Assembly: GCA_963697415.1 (NCBI GenBank)
Contig: CAVONW010000003.1
Coordinates: 1,200,350-1,264,349 of the forward strand
Direction: 5' to 3'
Source: an uncultured Chloroflexia bacterium
GTDB taxonomy: Bacteria; Chloroflexota; Limnocylindria; Limnocylindrales; CSP1-4
Length of the DNA: 64,000 nt
Below the pieces are notes generated by a model, which was not told where the DNA came from, did no database searches, and saw only the letters and a program-made list of their open reading frames with translations. A program made the position numbers and the translations under genes. Below, piece after piece: positions 28,545-37,939 of the stretch; the first letter of the stretch is position 1, and each line of letters begins with the position of its first letter.

Positions 28545-28621
28545 GGGGGAGTAGCTCAGTTGGTAAGAGCAGCCGTCTTATACACGGCCGGTCCCTGGTT
28601 CGAGCCCAGGCTCCCCTACCA
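28545..28621 (+). tRNA. tRNA-Ile with anticodon UAU (reads AUA), 77 nt incl. CCA
   Basis: Manual cloverleaf. Acceptor GGGGGAG/CTCCCCT (G1-U72), D-arm GCTC-AGTTGGTAA-GAGC, anticodon stem GCCGT/ACGGC, loop CTTATAC so 34-36 = TAT, variable CGGTC, T-arm CCTGG-TTCGAGC-CCAGG, discriminator A, encoded CCA. D-arm and 3' end resemble bacterial tRNA-Ile. Confidence 0.8.
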
Positions 28622-28688
28622 TCACATCATCTTCGTTGGCTCCCCGGACGCCACGGCCTGCAGTCCAGCGGCGGGCCCCAGGTGAGGG

Positions 28689-29477
28689 TCAGAGGGCCGA
28701 GCGCACCATCCGGATGACCCGGTCCCGCCGACCGACGTCGAACGAGCGTTGAGCCGGCAGGGACGTCAGCCATGGTCCCACCTGATCGGGAGTGATGGAC
28801 GCACACGACGCCGTCCGTTCGACGCGAGGATCGGTGCCCACGACCGCCGCATAGACCTTGACGACGTGGCCCGCGTCATCTCCGCCGAACCAGATGCGAA
28901 CCCGCTCGGCATCGCGTGCGGCGCGGTCGAGAGGGTGGTCGATCATGTGGACGTGGCCATCCGTGTTACGGATGTCCCAACTTCGAGGGCCTCGCGAGAC
29001 GACGGCATCCGGCGCCGGCAGCTCTTCGATGATCGCCGCGCCAAACGGACCGATGACGATTTCCGGGATCACCCGACTGCCATCCGGCAGACGAACGTGA
29101 GCGGCGACCGCATGGTCGTCTGACAGGCTGGCACGAGCGCGCATCGCAGGTGTCGCTTGGACCCGTCCGGCCATGAGCTTCTTCACCGCCCGGCCGACTC
29201 GAGCGAGCCCGACCATGCCGAACGCGGCGGGGGCCGTCAGCCCAAAGGTCCAGGTGAGTGCACCTGCCACGAGGTGGGTCGTTCCGGCGGGTTCGGATGG
29301 GGCGAAGCCACTCAGGAGTCCCTTGCCAAAGACGGCGAAGGCGATGAAGCCGGCGCCGGCGATGAGGATCGCCCCGACCAGCAGCGCCCGAGGGACCGTG
29401 TCTCGGTCATGGCCGCCCATGGCGCGCTCAGCCCCAATGACCTGCATCTGCCCATCCTGGGGCCGGAGCGCGAACAT
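28689..29477 (-). CDS. membrane-anchored NERD (nuclease-related domain) protein
   Basis: About 262 aa from ATG 29477 (AAGAGG RBS). Two N-terminal TM helices, then VIPEIVIGPFGAAIIEELP matching the NERD core (..LLIGPxGIFVIExK..). Confidence 0.6.
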   Translation of the reverse strand: MFALRPQDGQMQVIGAERAMGGHDRDTVPRALLVGAILIAGAGFIAFAVFGKGLLSGFAPSEPAGTTHLVAGALTWTFGLTAPAAFGMVGLARVGRAVKKLMAGRVQATPAMRARASLSDDHAVAAHVRLPDGSRVIPEIVIGPFGAAIIEELPAPDAVVSRGPRSWDIRNTDGHVHMIDHPLDRAARDAERVRIWFGGDDAGHVVKVYAAVVGTDPRVERTASCASITPDQVGPWLTSLPAQRSFDVGRRDRVIRMVRSAL

Positions 29478-29616
29478 GGGAATGGCCTCTTCGGTGTCTT
29501 TCCGGAAGACAGTAGGGCCATGGCGCCATGACGCCCGTACCATTGCGCACCCCCCTCATCTCCGGCGATGCTCCGTCCGACGGTGCGCGACAGGCGCCCC
29601 GCGCCGAGGTATCTGC

Positions 29617-30921
29617 GTGTCCGATTCTCGCGGTCGACAGGCTCGCCGGGGGGTGCAGCTGCTGGGTTCCGTGCTGGCGGCCGGGCTGCTGCTGTCGTCC
29701 GGGGTCCTGCCGGCCCTGGCAGGCGTGGCTCCAGACTGCGGCGTAGTCCCGCTGGATGTCGTGGTCATCCTCGACAACTCAGGTTCGATGACCGAGAACA
29801 ATGCCGGACCGGACAACACCGACCAGGATCGCGCCGGGTGGGCAAAGACCGCGATCTCAGCGCTGATCGACGAACTCGATCTCCCGGCAAACGGGGGGGT
29901 AGGGACCGGCCCGGCCACTTCGACCGGCGGTCGACACCGCGTCGGCCTCACGAAGTACAACGGCGATGTGGCCACAGTGCTGTCCGCCCTGGCAGCGAAC
30001 AACGCGGCCGCGACGAGGGCGCTCATTCCGGATACCGGGAGCGGCACCACACCATTCAAGCAGGGCATGGCGGCCGGGGCCGCCGATATGGTTCTGAACG
30101 GTCGCGTGACCGACTTCGGCGAAACCGTCCGGCAGGTCATCATCTTCCTGTCCGACGGTCGCCCGTACCCGGACACCGCCGCGCGGCGCCCGGACGGGAC
30201 CGAGATCAGCAACTTCCAGGATGCCGCGGACGAGGTCTACTCGATCGCCATCGGCTCCGAAGGCAGCGGCGCGACCGCGGTCGATCTTGCGCTCATGCAG
30301 TTGCTCGACACGCCCGACGATGGTGCTCATTACGCCAACACCCTGAGCGGGGCCGATCTGTCGGCCTTCTTCGACTCGATCTTCCAGTCGATCGCCTGCC
30401 CGACCCCAGAACCAACCCCAACCCCGACCCCGGACCCGAGCCCGACCCCCGACCCGACGCCAGCCCCGACCCCCGACCCGAGCCCAACCCCCGACCCGAC
30501 GCCAGCCCCGACCCCCGACCCGAGCCCAACCCCCGACCCGAGCCCAACCCCCGACCCACCCCGGACCCGAGCCCAACCCCCGACCCGACGCCAGCCCCGA
30601 CCCCCCGACGCCAGCCCCAGCCCCAACCCCGGACCCGAGCCCACAGCCCCCGACCCGACGCCCAGCCCCACCCCGGACCCGACGCCAGCCCCGACCCCCG
30701 ACCCGACGCCAGCCAACCCCCGACCCGACGCCAGCCCCGACCCCCGACCCGACGCCGACGCCCGCACCAACCCCGAGGCCCACGCCGACCCCCGGCCCGA
30801 CGCCAGCCCCAGCCCCAACCCCGGACCCGACGCCGACGCCCACGCCATCACCCGCTGCCGGAGTCGGCAACCCACCACTCGGCGGCACAACGGGTGGATC
30901 CACGACCGAGGGACCCGGTAG
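29617..30921 (+). CDS. secreted von Willebrand factor A (VWA) domain protein, N-terminal segment of a larger surface protein whose frame is broken inside a Pro/Thr tandem repeat
   Basis: GTG 29617 gives signal peptide [36 protein letters not shown]; VWA MIDAS start [11 protein letters not shown] and ...IIFLSDGRP. From about 30400 onward, [15 protein letters not shown] repeats appear alternately in three frames, so the 3' end at 30921 is an artefact of a frameshift. Confidence 0.6.
   Translation: MSDSRGRQARRGVQLLGSVLAAGLLLSSGVLPALAGVAPDCGVVPLDVVVILDNSGSMTENNAGPDNTDQDRAGWAKTAISALIDELDLPANGGVGTGPATSTGGRHRVGLTKYNGDVATVLSALAANNAAATRALIPDTGSGTTPFKQGMAAGAADMVLNGRVTDFGETVRQVIIFLSDGRPYPDTAARRPDGTEISNFQDAADEVYSIAIGSEGSGATAVDLALMQLLDTPDDGAHYANTLSGADLSAFFDSIFQSIACPTPEPTPTPTPDPSPTPDPTPAPTPDPSPTPDPTPAPTPDPSPTPDPSPTPDPPRTRAQPPTRRQPRPPDASPSPNPGPEPTAPDPTPSPTPDPTPAPTPDPTPANPRPDASPDPRPDADARTNPEAHADPRPDASPSPNPGPDADAHAITRCRSRQPTTRRHNGWIHDRGTR
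30400..30900 (+). repeat. Coding tandem repeat (about 48-nt unit ccgacccccgacccgacgccagccccgacccccgacccgagcccaac; [16 protein letters not shown]) with multiple C5-C7 homopolymer tracts
   Basis: Direct reading; the same Pro/Thr repeat is readable in frames 0, 1 and 2 of ORFs 29568, 29173 and the frame leading into 31076. Confidence 0.75.
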
Positions 30922-31075
30922 CCTCGATGGCCCCTCGCAGGGGACCTCCGGGTCAAGCGATGGATCGACGACCGGCGGCGCCCCAGGAGGCACCTCAGGC
31001 GCCGGCAGCAGCGCTTCCGGCACCGGCACCAGCACCGGCACCGGCACCTCCGGCAACGGGACATCCGGTGCCGGA

Positions 31076-31876
31076 GTGCCCGGCAGTGGCGGCTCCGGCT
31101 CGACGACGGACGGTCAGTCGGGCGGAGCCGAGACCGGTGGCCAGAACGTGACCGGCAGCAACTCGTCCAGTGGCCCGGCCAACGACCCCTTCGCATCCTG
31201 GCTCGACGCGTCCTTCGGTGCCGGGATGGCCGAGCTTGGCCTCGCGGGCGGCAGTCGTCTGCCGACCCTCCCCGCGATGGTCGTCTCGACGACCGCAGTT
31301 GCGACCTGGATGGCGTTCACCCTGTTCAAGAAGCGGCGAGATGACGAGGAACCACCAGCACCGGAGTTCGTTCTTCAAGCGGCCGCGGCCGCCGGCGCCG
31401 GTGTAGCGCCTGGCGCGGGCTATGGCCCGCCGGTCGATCTCGAGAGCCAGATGCCCCGCTGGCGCCGACCGTCGCTTCTCGAGGCACGGCGGATCGACCC
31501 AATCCGCTCAGCGGCGCCTGAGCGGCCTCGCCTCTCCTTTGGCTACCAGCCCTCCAATGTCGGGCTGTCTGTGGAACGACGGCCAATTCGACACGCGGTC
31601 ACGTCCCTGCTCGACCGTCCGGACGAGATCCACGGTCTCCAGATCGGCGACCTCGTCGAGGGGGACGAGATCCAGGTGGAACAGCGCCAGGGTGCCTATT
31701 GTGAAGTGGCTTGTCCGGACGGCAAGCGTGGTTGGGTTCACCGGATGACCCTCGGTCCGCCCATTGCGGAGGACGCCGGCCGATGGTCGGCGTCGGATGC
31801 TGAACGGCCGGCGGAAGCCGAGAACGCCCTGGCGGCGCTGCTTGCCGCCCGTGGTATGCAGGCGCAGATCCGCTAG
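31076..31876 (+). CDS. C-terminal segment of the same surface protein: Gly/Ser/Thr-rich region, single TM anchor, cytoplasmic bacterial SH3-like domain
   Basis: This frame is open back through the PT repeat to about 30716 ([19 protein letters not shown]...[10 protein letters not shown]); [25 protein letters not shown] then KKRRDDEE stop-transfer; C-terminal [40 protein letters not shown] resembles SH3b. Confidence 0.5.
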   Translation: MPGSGGSGSTTDGQSGGAETGGQNVTGSNSSSGPANDPFASWLDASFGAGMAELGLAGGSRLPTLPAMVVSTTAVATWMAFTLFKKRRDDEEPPAPEFVLQAAAAAGAGVAPGAGYGPPVDLESQMPRWRRPSLLEARRIDPIRSAAPERPRLSFGYQPSNVGLSVERRPIRHAVTSLLDRPDEIHGLQIGDLVEGDEIQVEQRQGAYCEVACPDGKRGWVHRMTLGPPIAEDAGRWSASDAERPAEAENALAALLAARGMQAQIR

Positions 31877-32823
31877 CCGATCTCGAGGCTCCCCGCTCGC
31901 CGCCCGCGGCGAGGTGCCTCGCGACGCAGGACGATCATGTGCTGGTGGACGATGTTCGGGACGAACCCGCTTGGATAGCCGTACGGCCGCAAACGCGACC
32001 CCGCCTGGTACCACACGATGTCCCCCTTGGGCACGAACCCCAGGCCGGCCGCGCGCGCCGCGAGATCGGACCCGGTGAAGACGTAGCGTCCCCCCTGATA
32101 GGCGTCGCGGACGATGAACACCGCGTACCGGCCCTCACGCAGGACGCGATGGAGTTGGGCGAAGATCTCGGTCATCCGGTCCAGGAAGGTCGCGTAGTCA
32201 GGCAGGTTTGCGAGATCCGCCGGGTCCTCGGTGACCATCGCGTAGTCCGTTCGCCGGTTGGCATGGGCCTCGGCGAGCACGCCGCCCGCCATGGTCATGG
32301 GCAGCTGGACGTTGTAGGGCGGATCGGTGGCGACGAAATCGACGGACTCGTCCGCGATCTCCGGCAGGAGGGTCAGCGCATCGCCGACGCGGAACTCGCA
32401 GCCTGAAGGATCGAAGGTTCGTGGCCCGCCTGGGTCCTGGGGACCGAGGTCTGCCAGGAGCGGTCCCGCACCGCCTCGGTCTGCCTGCGCTCCAGCGACA
32501 ACTGATCGGTAGACCTCCGCCCAGCGCGGCGACAGCTCCAGCCCAAGCGCTCGTCGCGGGGTACGGGCAATCGCGGCTCCCAGGAGCGTGCCGCCGACAC
32601 CGGCGAACGGGTCGAGGACCAGGCCGCCGCCCGTCGTGAAGAACTCGATCAGCCTGGCCATGAGCCTCGGTGGCTTGTTCGCCCCGTGCGCCTTCCGCAG
32701 CGCGTGACCCAGCTCGGATGGGTAGGCGGTGGTCCACAGGGACTTCGTGAAGTACAGCCACTCCTCCCCGGACAGCTCATTGAGGTGGTTGCGCGGGTGC
32801 GGAATCGGGCGGGGGTCGGCCAC
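31873..32823 (-). CDS. DNA methyltransferase (N6-adenine/N4-cytosine type, PF01555-like) with motif I (DPFAGVGGT) preceding motif IV (DPPY); no cognate restriction gene adjacent
   Basis: 316 aa, GTG start; [41 protein letters not shown] (AdoMet-binding) and [11 protein letters not shown] (catalytic); 3' end overlaps convergent gene by 4 nt. Confidence 0.75.
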   Translation of the reverse strand: MADPRPIPHPRNHLNELSGEEWLYFTKSLWTTAYPSELGHALRKAHGANKPPRLMARLIEFFTTGGGLVLDPFAGVGGTLLGAAIARTPRRALGLELSPRWAEVYRSVVAGAQADRGGAGPLLADLGPQDPGGPRTFDPSGCEFRVGDALTLLPEIADESVDFVATDPPYNVQLPMTMAGGVLAEAHANRRTDYAMVTEDPADLANLPDYATFLDRMTEIFAQLHRVLREGRYAVFIVRDAYQGGRYVFTGSDLAARAAGLGFVPKGDIVWYQAGSRLRPYGYPSGFVPNIVHQHMIVLRREAPRRGRRAGSLEIG

Positions 32824-32889
32824 CTGCGCAGCCTACGCGACCGGGCGGACATCCGGTCGCCGGGCGCTGGTCTGTGGCACGATGCGGGC

Positions 32890-35800
32890 GTGGCGGTGCG
32901 GTTTCGGAGCGAGCGGCTGATCGGGCGGGAGCGAGAGATCTCCCGCCTGGCCGTCGCGCTCGAGGCCGCCGCCCGCGGCCACAGTCGTCGAGTCCTGTTG
33001 TCCGGCGTCGGCGGCGTCGGCACCTCGCGCCTTGTCGACGACGCAAAGCAGCGCGTGGGTCGGCTCAGTAATCCGTTCCGGGTCATCGACTGTCAGGCCG
33101 TGCCCGGTCAGGCTGCTGTTCCGTACGCGCCCATCGTGGCCGGCCTCCGGCCGTTCCTGGCAGGCCTCGACGACGCGGAACTCGGCCACGTGGTGGGGTC
33201 GGCGATCGAGCCGCTCGGCCACCTCGTGCCTGAGCTGGTCGACCGGCTTGAACCGCGAACGGCCCGACGTCTCACGATCGCTCCCGAACGGCGCACGGCG
33301 TGGCTCAACGAGGCCATCCGCGGGCTCCTCGAACGGGCCGGTGAGCGTGCGCCGGTCATGCTGGTCATGCAGGACATCCACCACGCGGATTGGGGCACCC
33401 GCGAGCTCACGACGTTCCTGGCCAGGGTCGCCCGGCCCGCCCGACTGTGCCAGATCATCACCTATGGGTCCGATGCCCTGACTCGGGGTCACCCTGTCAT
33501 CAGCGACCTTGCGACGATGGCGCAGTCGTCCGATCCGCCGGACCGCCTGGAGCTCGAGCCACTCGCCCGGAGCGAACTCGTCCAGCTCATCACCGAGGTT
33601 GAGGGCGAGCGACCGACCGCGGCCGCCGTGCTCCTCGTGGCCGATCGATCCGGCGGCCATCCGCTGCTCGCCGAGGAGATCCTCGCCGCCCGCCGGGAGT
33701 TGTCCAGCGTCTCGCTGGGTGCCTCGTTGCAGGAGCTCGTCTCGGCCCGGCTTGCGCGCCGCTCCCCCGAGTGCCGGAGGTTGCTTCGCCTGCTCGCGCC
33801 CGCCGGACAGCCGCTCAGCGCGGCCGAGATCACGGCTGCTGTCGCAGCGTTCGAGCGTCTTGCCGTGATGCTGCCGCCGCGGTCCTCGACGCTACCGCGG
33901 CGCGCGAACGGTGGCCTCGAGCCTGACCTGCAGGCCGGACTTCTCGAGGCACAGGAGCATGGCTTCGTGATCCCCAGGCCGGACGGACGGCTGGAGCTGC
34001 GCCACGAGCTCATCGCCGGGGCCATTGAGGCTGATCTTCTTCCGCATCAGCGGCGGCGTCATCACGAGGCGATCGCCGAGGCTCTTGGAGATCGACCCGC
34101 CGAGGCACTTCCGCACTGGCGGACAGCCAATCGGCCCGAGGCCGCGCTCGATGCAGCGATCGCTGCTGCATCGCTGGCCGACGAGCGGGACTCCCCGGCG
34201 GATGGGCTCGCGGCTCGCGAGGTCGCCCTGGAGCTGGGAGGCGCCGACGGTCCGGACCGCGCGGCGATCGGTCAGCTACTGATTCGCGCCGGCGAGGTGG
34301 CCCTTGCTGCGGGCCGGGCCGATCGCGCGCTCGCGTATCTCGAGGGTGCGCTGGGCAGGTTCGGAGAGCGTCTGGATCGGGCGACCGTCGCGGCGTTGCA
34401 CGAGGCACTTGGGCGGGTTGCGCGGACGCTCGGCGACCACGAGCGGGCGATCTCGGAACACCGGCGGGCGGCGGCGACGGTGCCGCCCGAGCCCACGGCG
34501 CTTCGCGCGCGGGTCCTCGCCTCACTTGCCCAGACGCTCATGCTCCAGGGTCTGTTTGCCGAAGCCGCACGGACCGCGCAGACGGCGATCGAGGCGGCTC
34601 GCGAGGCCGGCCCGGAGGGTCGCGCAATCGAGGGACACGCGACGTGCACGCTCGGGATCTCCCTTGCGTGGAGTGCCGAACCGGCCGAATCGATCGGCCT
34701 CCTCGAGGCAGCGCGGGAGATCGCGCGGTCAATCGGACACACCGACGACACGTTCCGCGCAACGCTGAATCTCGCGACGGGCCTCACGCTCCTCGGTCGG
34801 CGCGAGGACGCGATCGAGGTGACGCGCGGAGCGATCGAGGAAGCGCGCCGCGACGGGCTCGAAGTCGCGTACGGAAACGCGCTTCGGGGCAACATCGCCG
34901 AGGGCCTCTTCCTGGTCGGGCGCTGGGATGAGGCACGGGACACGATCCGGACGGCGCTCGAGTGGAGTCCAGCGCCGGAGGCGTTCGCCGATGCGAGCGT
35001 GACGGCGGCCATGCTGGAGGTGGAGACGAGTGTCGACGAGCGTGCCGCCAGCCTCCTCGGGTGGCGACCGCTTCAACTCGAGCGAGCGCCGGATCCGCAG
35101 CTCGAAGTGCCCGCAACGCGCGCAGCGGCCTCCTTCGCGCTGTGGCGTGGTGACGTGGACGATGCACGGCGCGCGGCAGAGCTCGGCTGGTCCCTGGTCC
35201 GGCGCGCGGAGGACTGGGCGTTGACCGCTCGGATGGCTTCGACGTACCTCGAGGTGCAGGCGGCGATCTTGGCCGACGCTCATGAGCGACGCGCGCTGTC
35301 CGAGATCTCGGGAGCCCGCCAGCGTGCCCGGCGGGTGCTTCACGAGACCGAGGCCGTGTTGCGGGCCAGCGGCGTGCCGCCAGAGGCGGCCAGTCGAAGC
35401 GAAGCAGAGGCGAACGTCGCCACCGCGCGGGCCTACTTCTCCCGAATCGATGGCCAGGACGACGCGCTGCTCTGGGACCGGGCTGCGGAGGCGTGGGAAC
35501 GAGTGGGCGAGCCGTACCAGGTCGCACGCGCCCGCTGGCGCCAGGCGGAGGCCATGCTCCCGGCCAAGGACGCCCGGCAGGGACGAGCGGCCGCCCGTGA
35601 GTCGATCCTTGAGGCCGTCCGTATTGCCCGCGAGCTGCGCGCCCGGCCCCTCCTTCGTGCGCTCGAGGCGCTCGCTCGGCGATCGATGATCACGTTGCCC
35701 CCGGATCCGGAGACCCTGCAGCCCGCCACGCCTGACGGTTCGAGGCGATCGGCCGAACCGGTCCAGTCTTCGGCAGGTCCCGTCGCCCAGGCCTTCGTCG

Positions 35801-36039
35801 GTGTCCTGGAAGTCCCGCCGCGCGGAGGAGCCTTCGGCCTGTCAGCCAGGGAGCTGGAGGTGCTCGGCCTGATCATCCTGGGACGCACGAACCGCGAGAT
35901 CGGCGAGCACCTGTTCATCAGCCAAAAGACGGTTGGCGTTCACGTCGGAAAGATCCTGTCCAAGCTCGGCGTGTCCGGGCGCGTGGAAGCCGCCATGGTC
36001 GCCGTTCGGCTCGATCTCGTCCCACACCCAGCGCGATAG
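32890..36039 (+). CDS. large ATP-binding LuxR-family regulator (LAL/STAND type: AAA/NB-ARC-like ATPase + TPR/helical repeats + C-terminal LuxR HTH)
   Basis: About 1050 aa from GTG 32890. Walker A LLSGVGGVGTSRL; the C-terminus LEVLGLIILGRTNREIGEHLFISQKTVGVHVGKILSKLGV is a canonical LuxR/FixJ HTH. The ORF-track start 32686 overlaps the MTase in antisense. Confidence 0.75.
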   Translation: MAVRFRSERLIGREREISRLAVALEAAARGHSRRVLLSGVGGVGTSRLVDDAKQRVGRLSNPFRVIDCQAVPGQAAVPYAPIVAGLRPFLAGLDDAELGHVVGSAIEPLGHLVPELVDRLEPRTARRLTIAPERRTAWLNEAIRGLLERAGERAPVMLVMQDIHHADWGTRELTTFLARVARPARLCQIITYGSDALTRGHPVISDLATMAQSSDPPDRLELEPLARSELVQLITEVEGERPTAAAVLLVADRSGGHPLLAEEILAARRELSSVSLGASLQELVSARLARRSPECRRLLRLLAPAGQPLSAAEITAAVAAFERLAVMLPPRSSTLPRRANGGLEPDLQAGLLEAQEHGFVIPRPDGRLELRHELIAGAIEADLLPHQRRRHHEAIAEALGDRPAEALPHWRTANRPEAALDAAIAAASLADERDSPADGLAAREVALELGGADGPDRAAIGQLLIRAGEVALAAGRADRALAYLEGALGRFGERLDRATVAALHEALGRVARTLGDHERAISEHRRAAATVPPEPTALRARVLASLAQTLMLQGLFAEAARTAQTAIEAAREAGPEGRAIEGHATCTLGISLAWSAEPAESIGLLEAAREIARSIGHTDDTFRATLNLATGLTLLGRREDAIEVTRGAIEEARRDGLEVAYGNALRGNIAEGLFLVGRWDEARDTIRTALEWSPAPEAFADASVTAAMLEVETSVDERAASLLGWRPLQLERAPDPQLEVPATRAAASFALWRGDVDDARRAAELGWSLVRRAEDWALTARMASTYLEVQAAILADAHERRALSEISGARQRARRVLHETEAVLRASGVPPEAASRSEAEANVATARAYFSRIDGQDDALLWDRAAEAWERVGEPYQVARARWRQAEAMLPAKDARQGRAAARESILEAVRIARELRARPLLRALEALARRSMITLPPDPETLQPATPDGSRRSAEPVQSSAGPVAQAFVGVLEVPPRGGAFGLSARELEVLGLIILGRTNREIGEHLFISQKTVGVHVGKILSKLGVSGRVEAAMVAVRLDLVPHPAR

Positions 36040-36089
36040 GTTCGTCGCGCAAGACCGGCCCTTCGGCCCGGGGTGCTCGTGAGAAACAG

Positions 36090-36121
36090 AACGAGACCCG
36101 GAGGAGGATCCGGGTCTCGTT
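36090..36121 (+). terminator. Intrinsic-terminator-like hairpin: 12-bp perfect stem AACGAGACCCGG-aggaggat-CCGGGTCTCGTT, 50 nt after the LuxR stop
   Basis: Direct reading; no U-tract, which is common in high-GC genomes. Confidence 0.5.
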
Positions 36122-36177
36122 CGAGCTGGCTGGCCGGCAGGAGGGTGCCGGTCAGGTGAGGCGTTCCTGGTGTGGAA

Positions 36178-36276
36178 CTAGAACCAGCGGCGCATCGCCG
36201 CTTCGACGAGCGCGATGGCTGCGAGCGGTGAGACTGCCAGGGCGAACTGCCAGGCTCGCGTGATTCGATGCTTCAT
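36178..36276 (-). CDS. possible 32-aa hydrophobic peptide MKHRITRAWQFALAVSPLAAIALVEAAMRRWF
   Basis: AGGAG 11 nt upstream; single TM-like helix; weak call. Confidence 0.2.
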   Translation of the reverse strand: MKHRITRAWQFALAVSPLAAIALVEAAMRRWF

Positions 36277-36541
36277 ACGCTGGGCACTCCTGGAGCTAAT
36301 GATGATTCCCGACCGGTTTCCACCGGGAGACCCATCCTGCTTGTCTTGTGGCGTGCCCTCAATCCGGCCAAAGTACCGGTGGGGCCAGGACCATCGGCTA
36401 CCTCGGGGACCCCTCGTGAAGGCACCCGACCGCACCCGACCCGACCGCTCCCCGCCATCTCCGGCTCAGCAGACCCTACCCGCCGCCTCTTAGCTGCGAC
36501 TTATGTGGTGCTGCCCCGCACCACGCGATACCCTGCCCGGC

Positions 36542-37279
36542 ATGAATCTTCAACTCTGCTACTCGGACGCCTATGCGGCCGACGTCGAGGCCACCGTGGT
36601 CGTTGTGGAAGCCGCTGATGCCCCGCTCGTCATCCTCGACCGGACCGTGTTCTACCCGGGCGGTGGCGGCCAGCCCGCGGACCGCGGCCTCTTCCTGCGG
36701 AGCTCGGACGGGCGATCGTGGGTCGTGCAGGCGGCGCGGAAATCGGGTGGCGATATCGTTCACGAACTGGAGGCTGGGGCGGAGCCTCCGTCCGTCGGCG
36801 ATCGCCTCCAGGTCGACCTCGACTGGGCCCGCCGGTTCGCGCTCATGCGAACGCACACGGCGCTTCACGCCCTGTGCGGCGTGGTCTGGCGGGATTACGG
36901 CGCGCTCGTCACCGGCGGCAACATGGAGCCGGGGGCAGGCCGAATGGACTTCGAGTTCGAACGGATGAGCGGCGACCTCGTCGACGAGATCGAAGCCACC
37001 GTCAACGCCGAACTCGCGCTGGCACGCGACATCCGGGTCAACGTCCTGCCGCGGGAGAAGGCGTTCGCGATCCCGGACCTCATCCGGACGAAGATCAACC
37101 TGCTCCCCGAGGGCATCGAGCAGATCCGGACCATCGAGATCGTCGGTCTCGATCTCCAGGCCGATGGCGGCACCCACGTCGCCAACACCCGGGAAGTGGG
37201 CCAGATCCGGGTCACGGGCTACGAGTCCAAGGGCCGGATCAACAAGCGGATCAGGATCGCACTGGACGAGCCCGGCTGA
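36542..37279 (+). CDS. AlaX-like tRNA trans-editing protein (alanyl-tRNA synthetase editing-domain homolog)
   Basis: 245 aa; HTALHAL (HxxxH) and GGTHV (CxxxH-equivalent zinc site), ...RMDFEFE... Confidence 0.75.
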   Translation: MNLQLCYSDAYAADVEATVVVVEAADAPLVILDRTVFYPGGGGQPADRGLFLRSSDGRSWVVQAARKSGGDIVHELEAGAEPPSVGDRLQVDLDWARRFALMRTHTALHALCGVVWRDYGALVTGGNMEPGAGRMDFEFERMSGDLVDEIEATVNAELALARDIRVNVLPREKAFAIPDLIRTKINLLPEGIEQIRTIEIVGLDLQADGGTHVANTREVGQIRVTGYESKGRINKRIRIALDEPG

Positions 37280-37408
37280 CCGCGGTCCCGAAGTCCCATC
37301 CAACGAGGTCCATCGCGTACCCTTCGCCGAGCCGGATCGGAGGGGATCGTGGCGGCTCCCCTGGCTCGAGGGTCGTCCCATCAAGACTCGCATGAGAGGA
37401 GTGCTGCA

Positions 37409-37855
37409 ATGAAGGACACGCAGAAGTCCGTCAGGAGCTCGACCTTCACGGACGATGAACGAGCCGCGATGAAGGAGCGCGCCCAGGAGCAGAAGGCGGA
37501 AGCGCGCGCGGGCAAGGACAGGGCGGCCGGGGAAAGTGACGTGCTCATGAAGATCGCCGAAATGACGGGGTCGGATCGCGCCATGGCCGAGCGGCTTCAC
37601 GCGATCATCACAGCCAGTGCGCCGGCCCTCTCGCCCAAGACCTGGTACGGGATGCCCGCCTATGCGAAGGATGGCAAGGTCGTGTGCTTCTTCCAGAGCG
37701 CGCAGAAGTTCAAGACGCGGTACGCGACCTTTGGCTTCAGCGACGAGGCGCACCTCGACGAAGGCGCCATGTGGCCGAGCGCCTTCGCGCTGACGGAGTT
37801 GACCGCCGTGGACGAGGCAAGGATCGGTGCGCTCGTGGAGAAAGCAGTGAGCTGA
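37409..37855 (+). CDS. DUF1801/YdhG-like protein
   Basis: 148 aa; GAGAGGAG RBS; C-terminal [34 protein letters not shown] pattern. Confidence 0.6.
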   Translation: MKDTQKSVRSSTFTDDERAAMKERAQEQKAEARAGKDRAAGESDVLMKIAEMTGSDRAMAERLHAIITASAPALSPKTWYGMPAYAKDGKVVCFFQSAQKFKTRYATFGFSDEAHLDEGAMWPSAFALTELTAVDEARIGALVEKAVS

Positions 37856-37939
37856 GGACTGGGCTCGTCACTGGACCCCGCCCCGGGAGGGTGGCCTGAG
37901 CGCTCCGACCTGGCTTCCAGTACGGTCGAATTGGGACGG

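Noticed and set aside
29173-29616. N-terminal 148 codons of ORF 29173..30921
   Set aside because: Antisense to the NERD gene and lacks protein character; a GTG at 29617 gives a proper signal peptide
30400-30900. Regularly repeated about 48-nt DNA units that could be mistaken for a CRISPR array
   Set aside because: Repeats are directly tandem without unique spacers and encode a Pro/Thr linker within a protein; no cas genes
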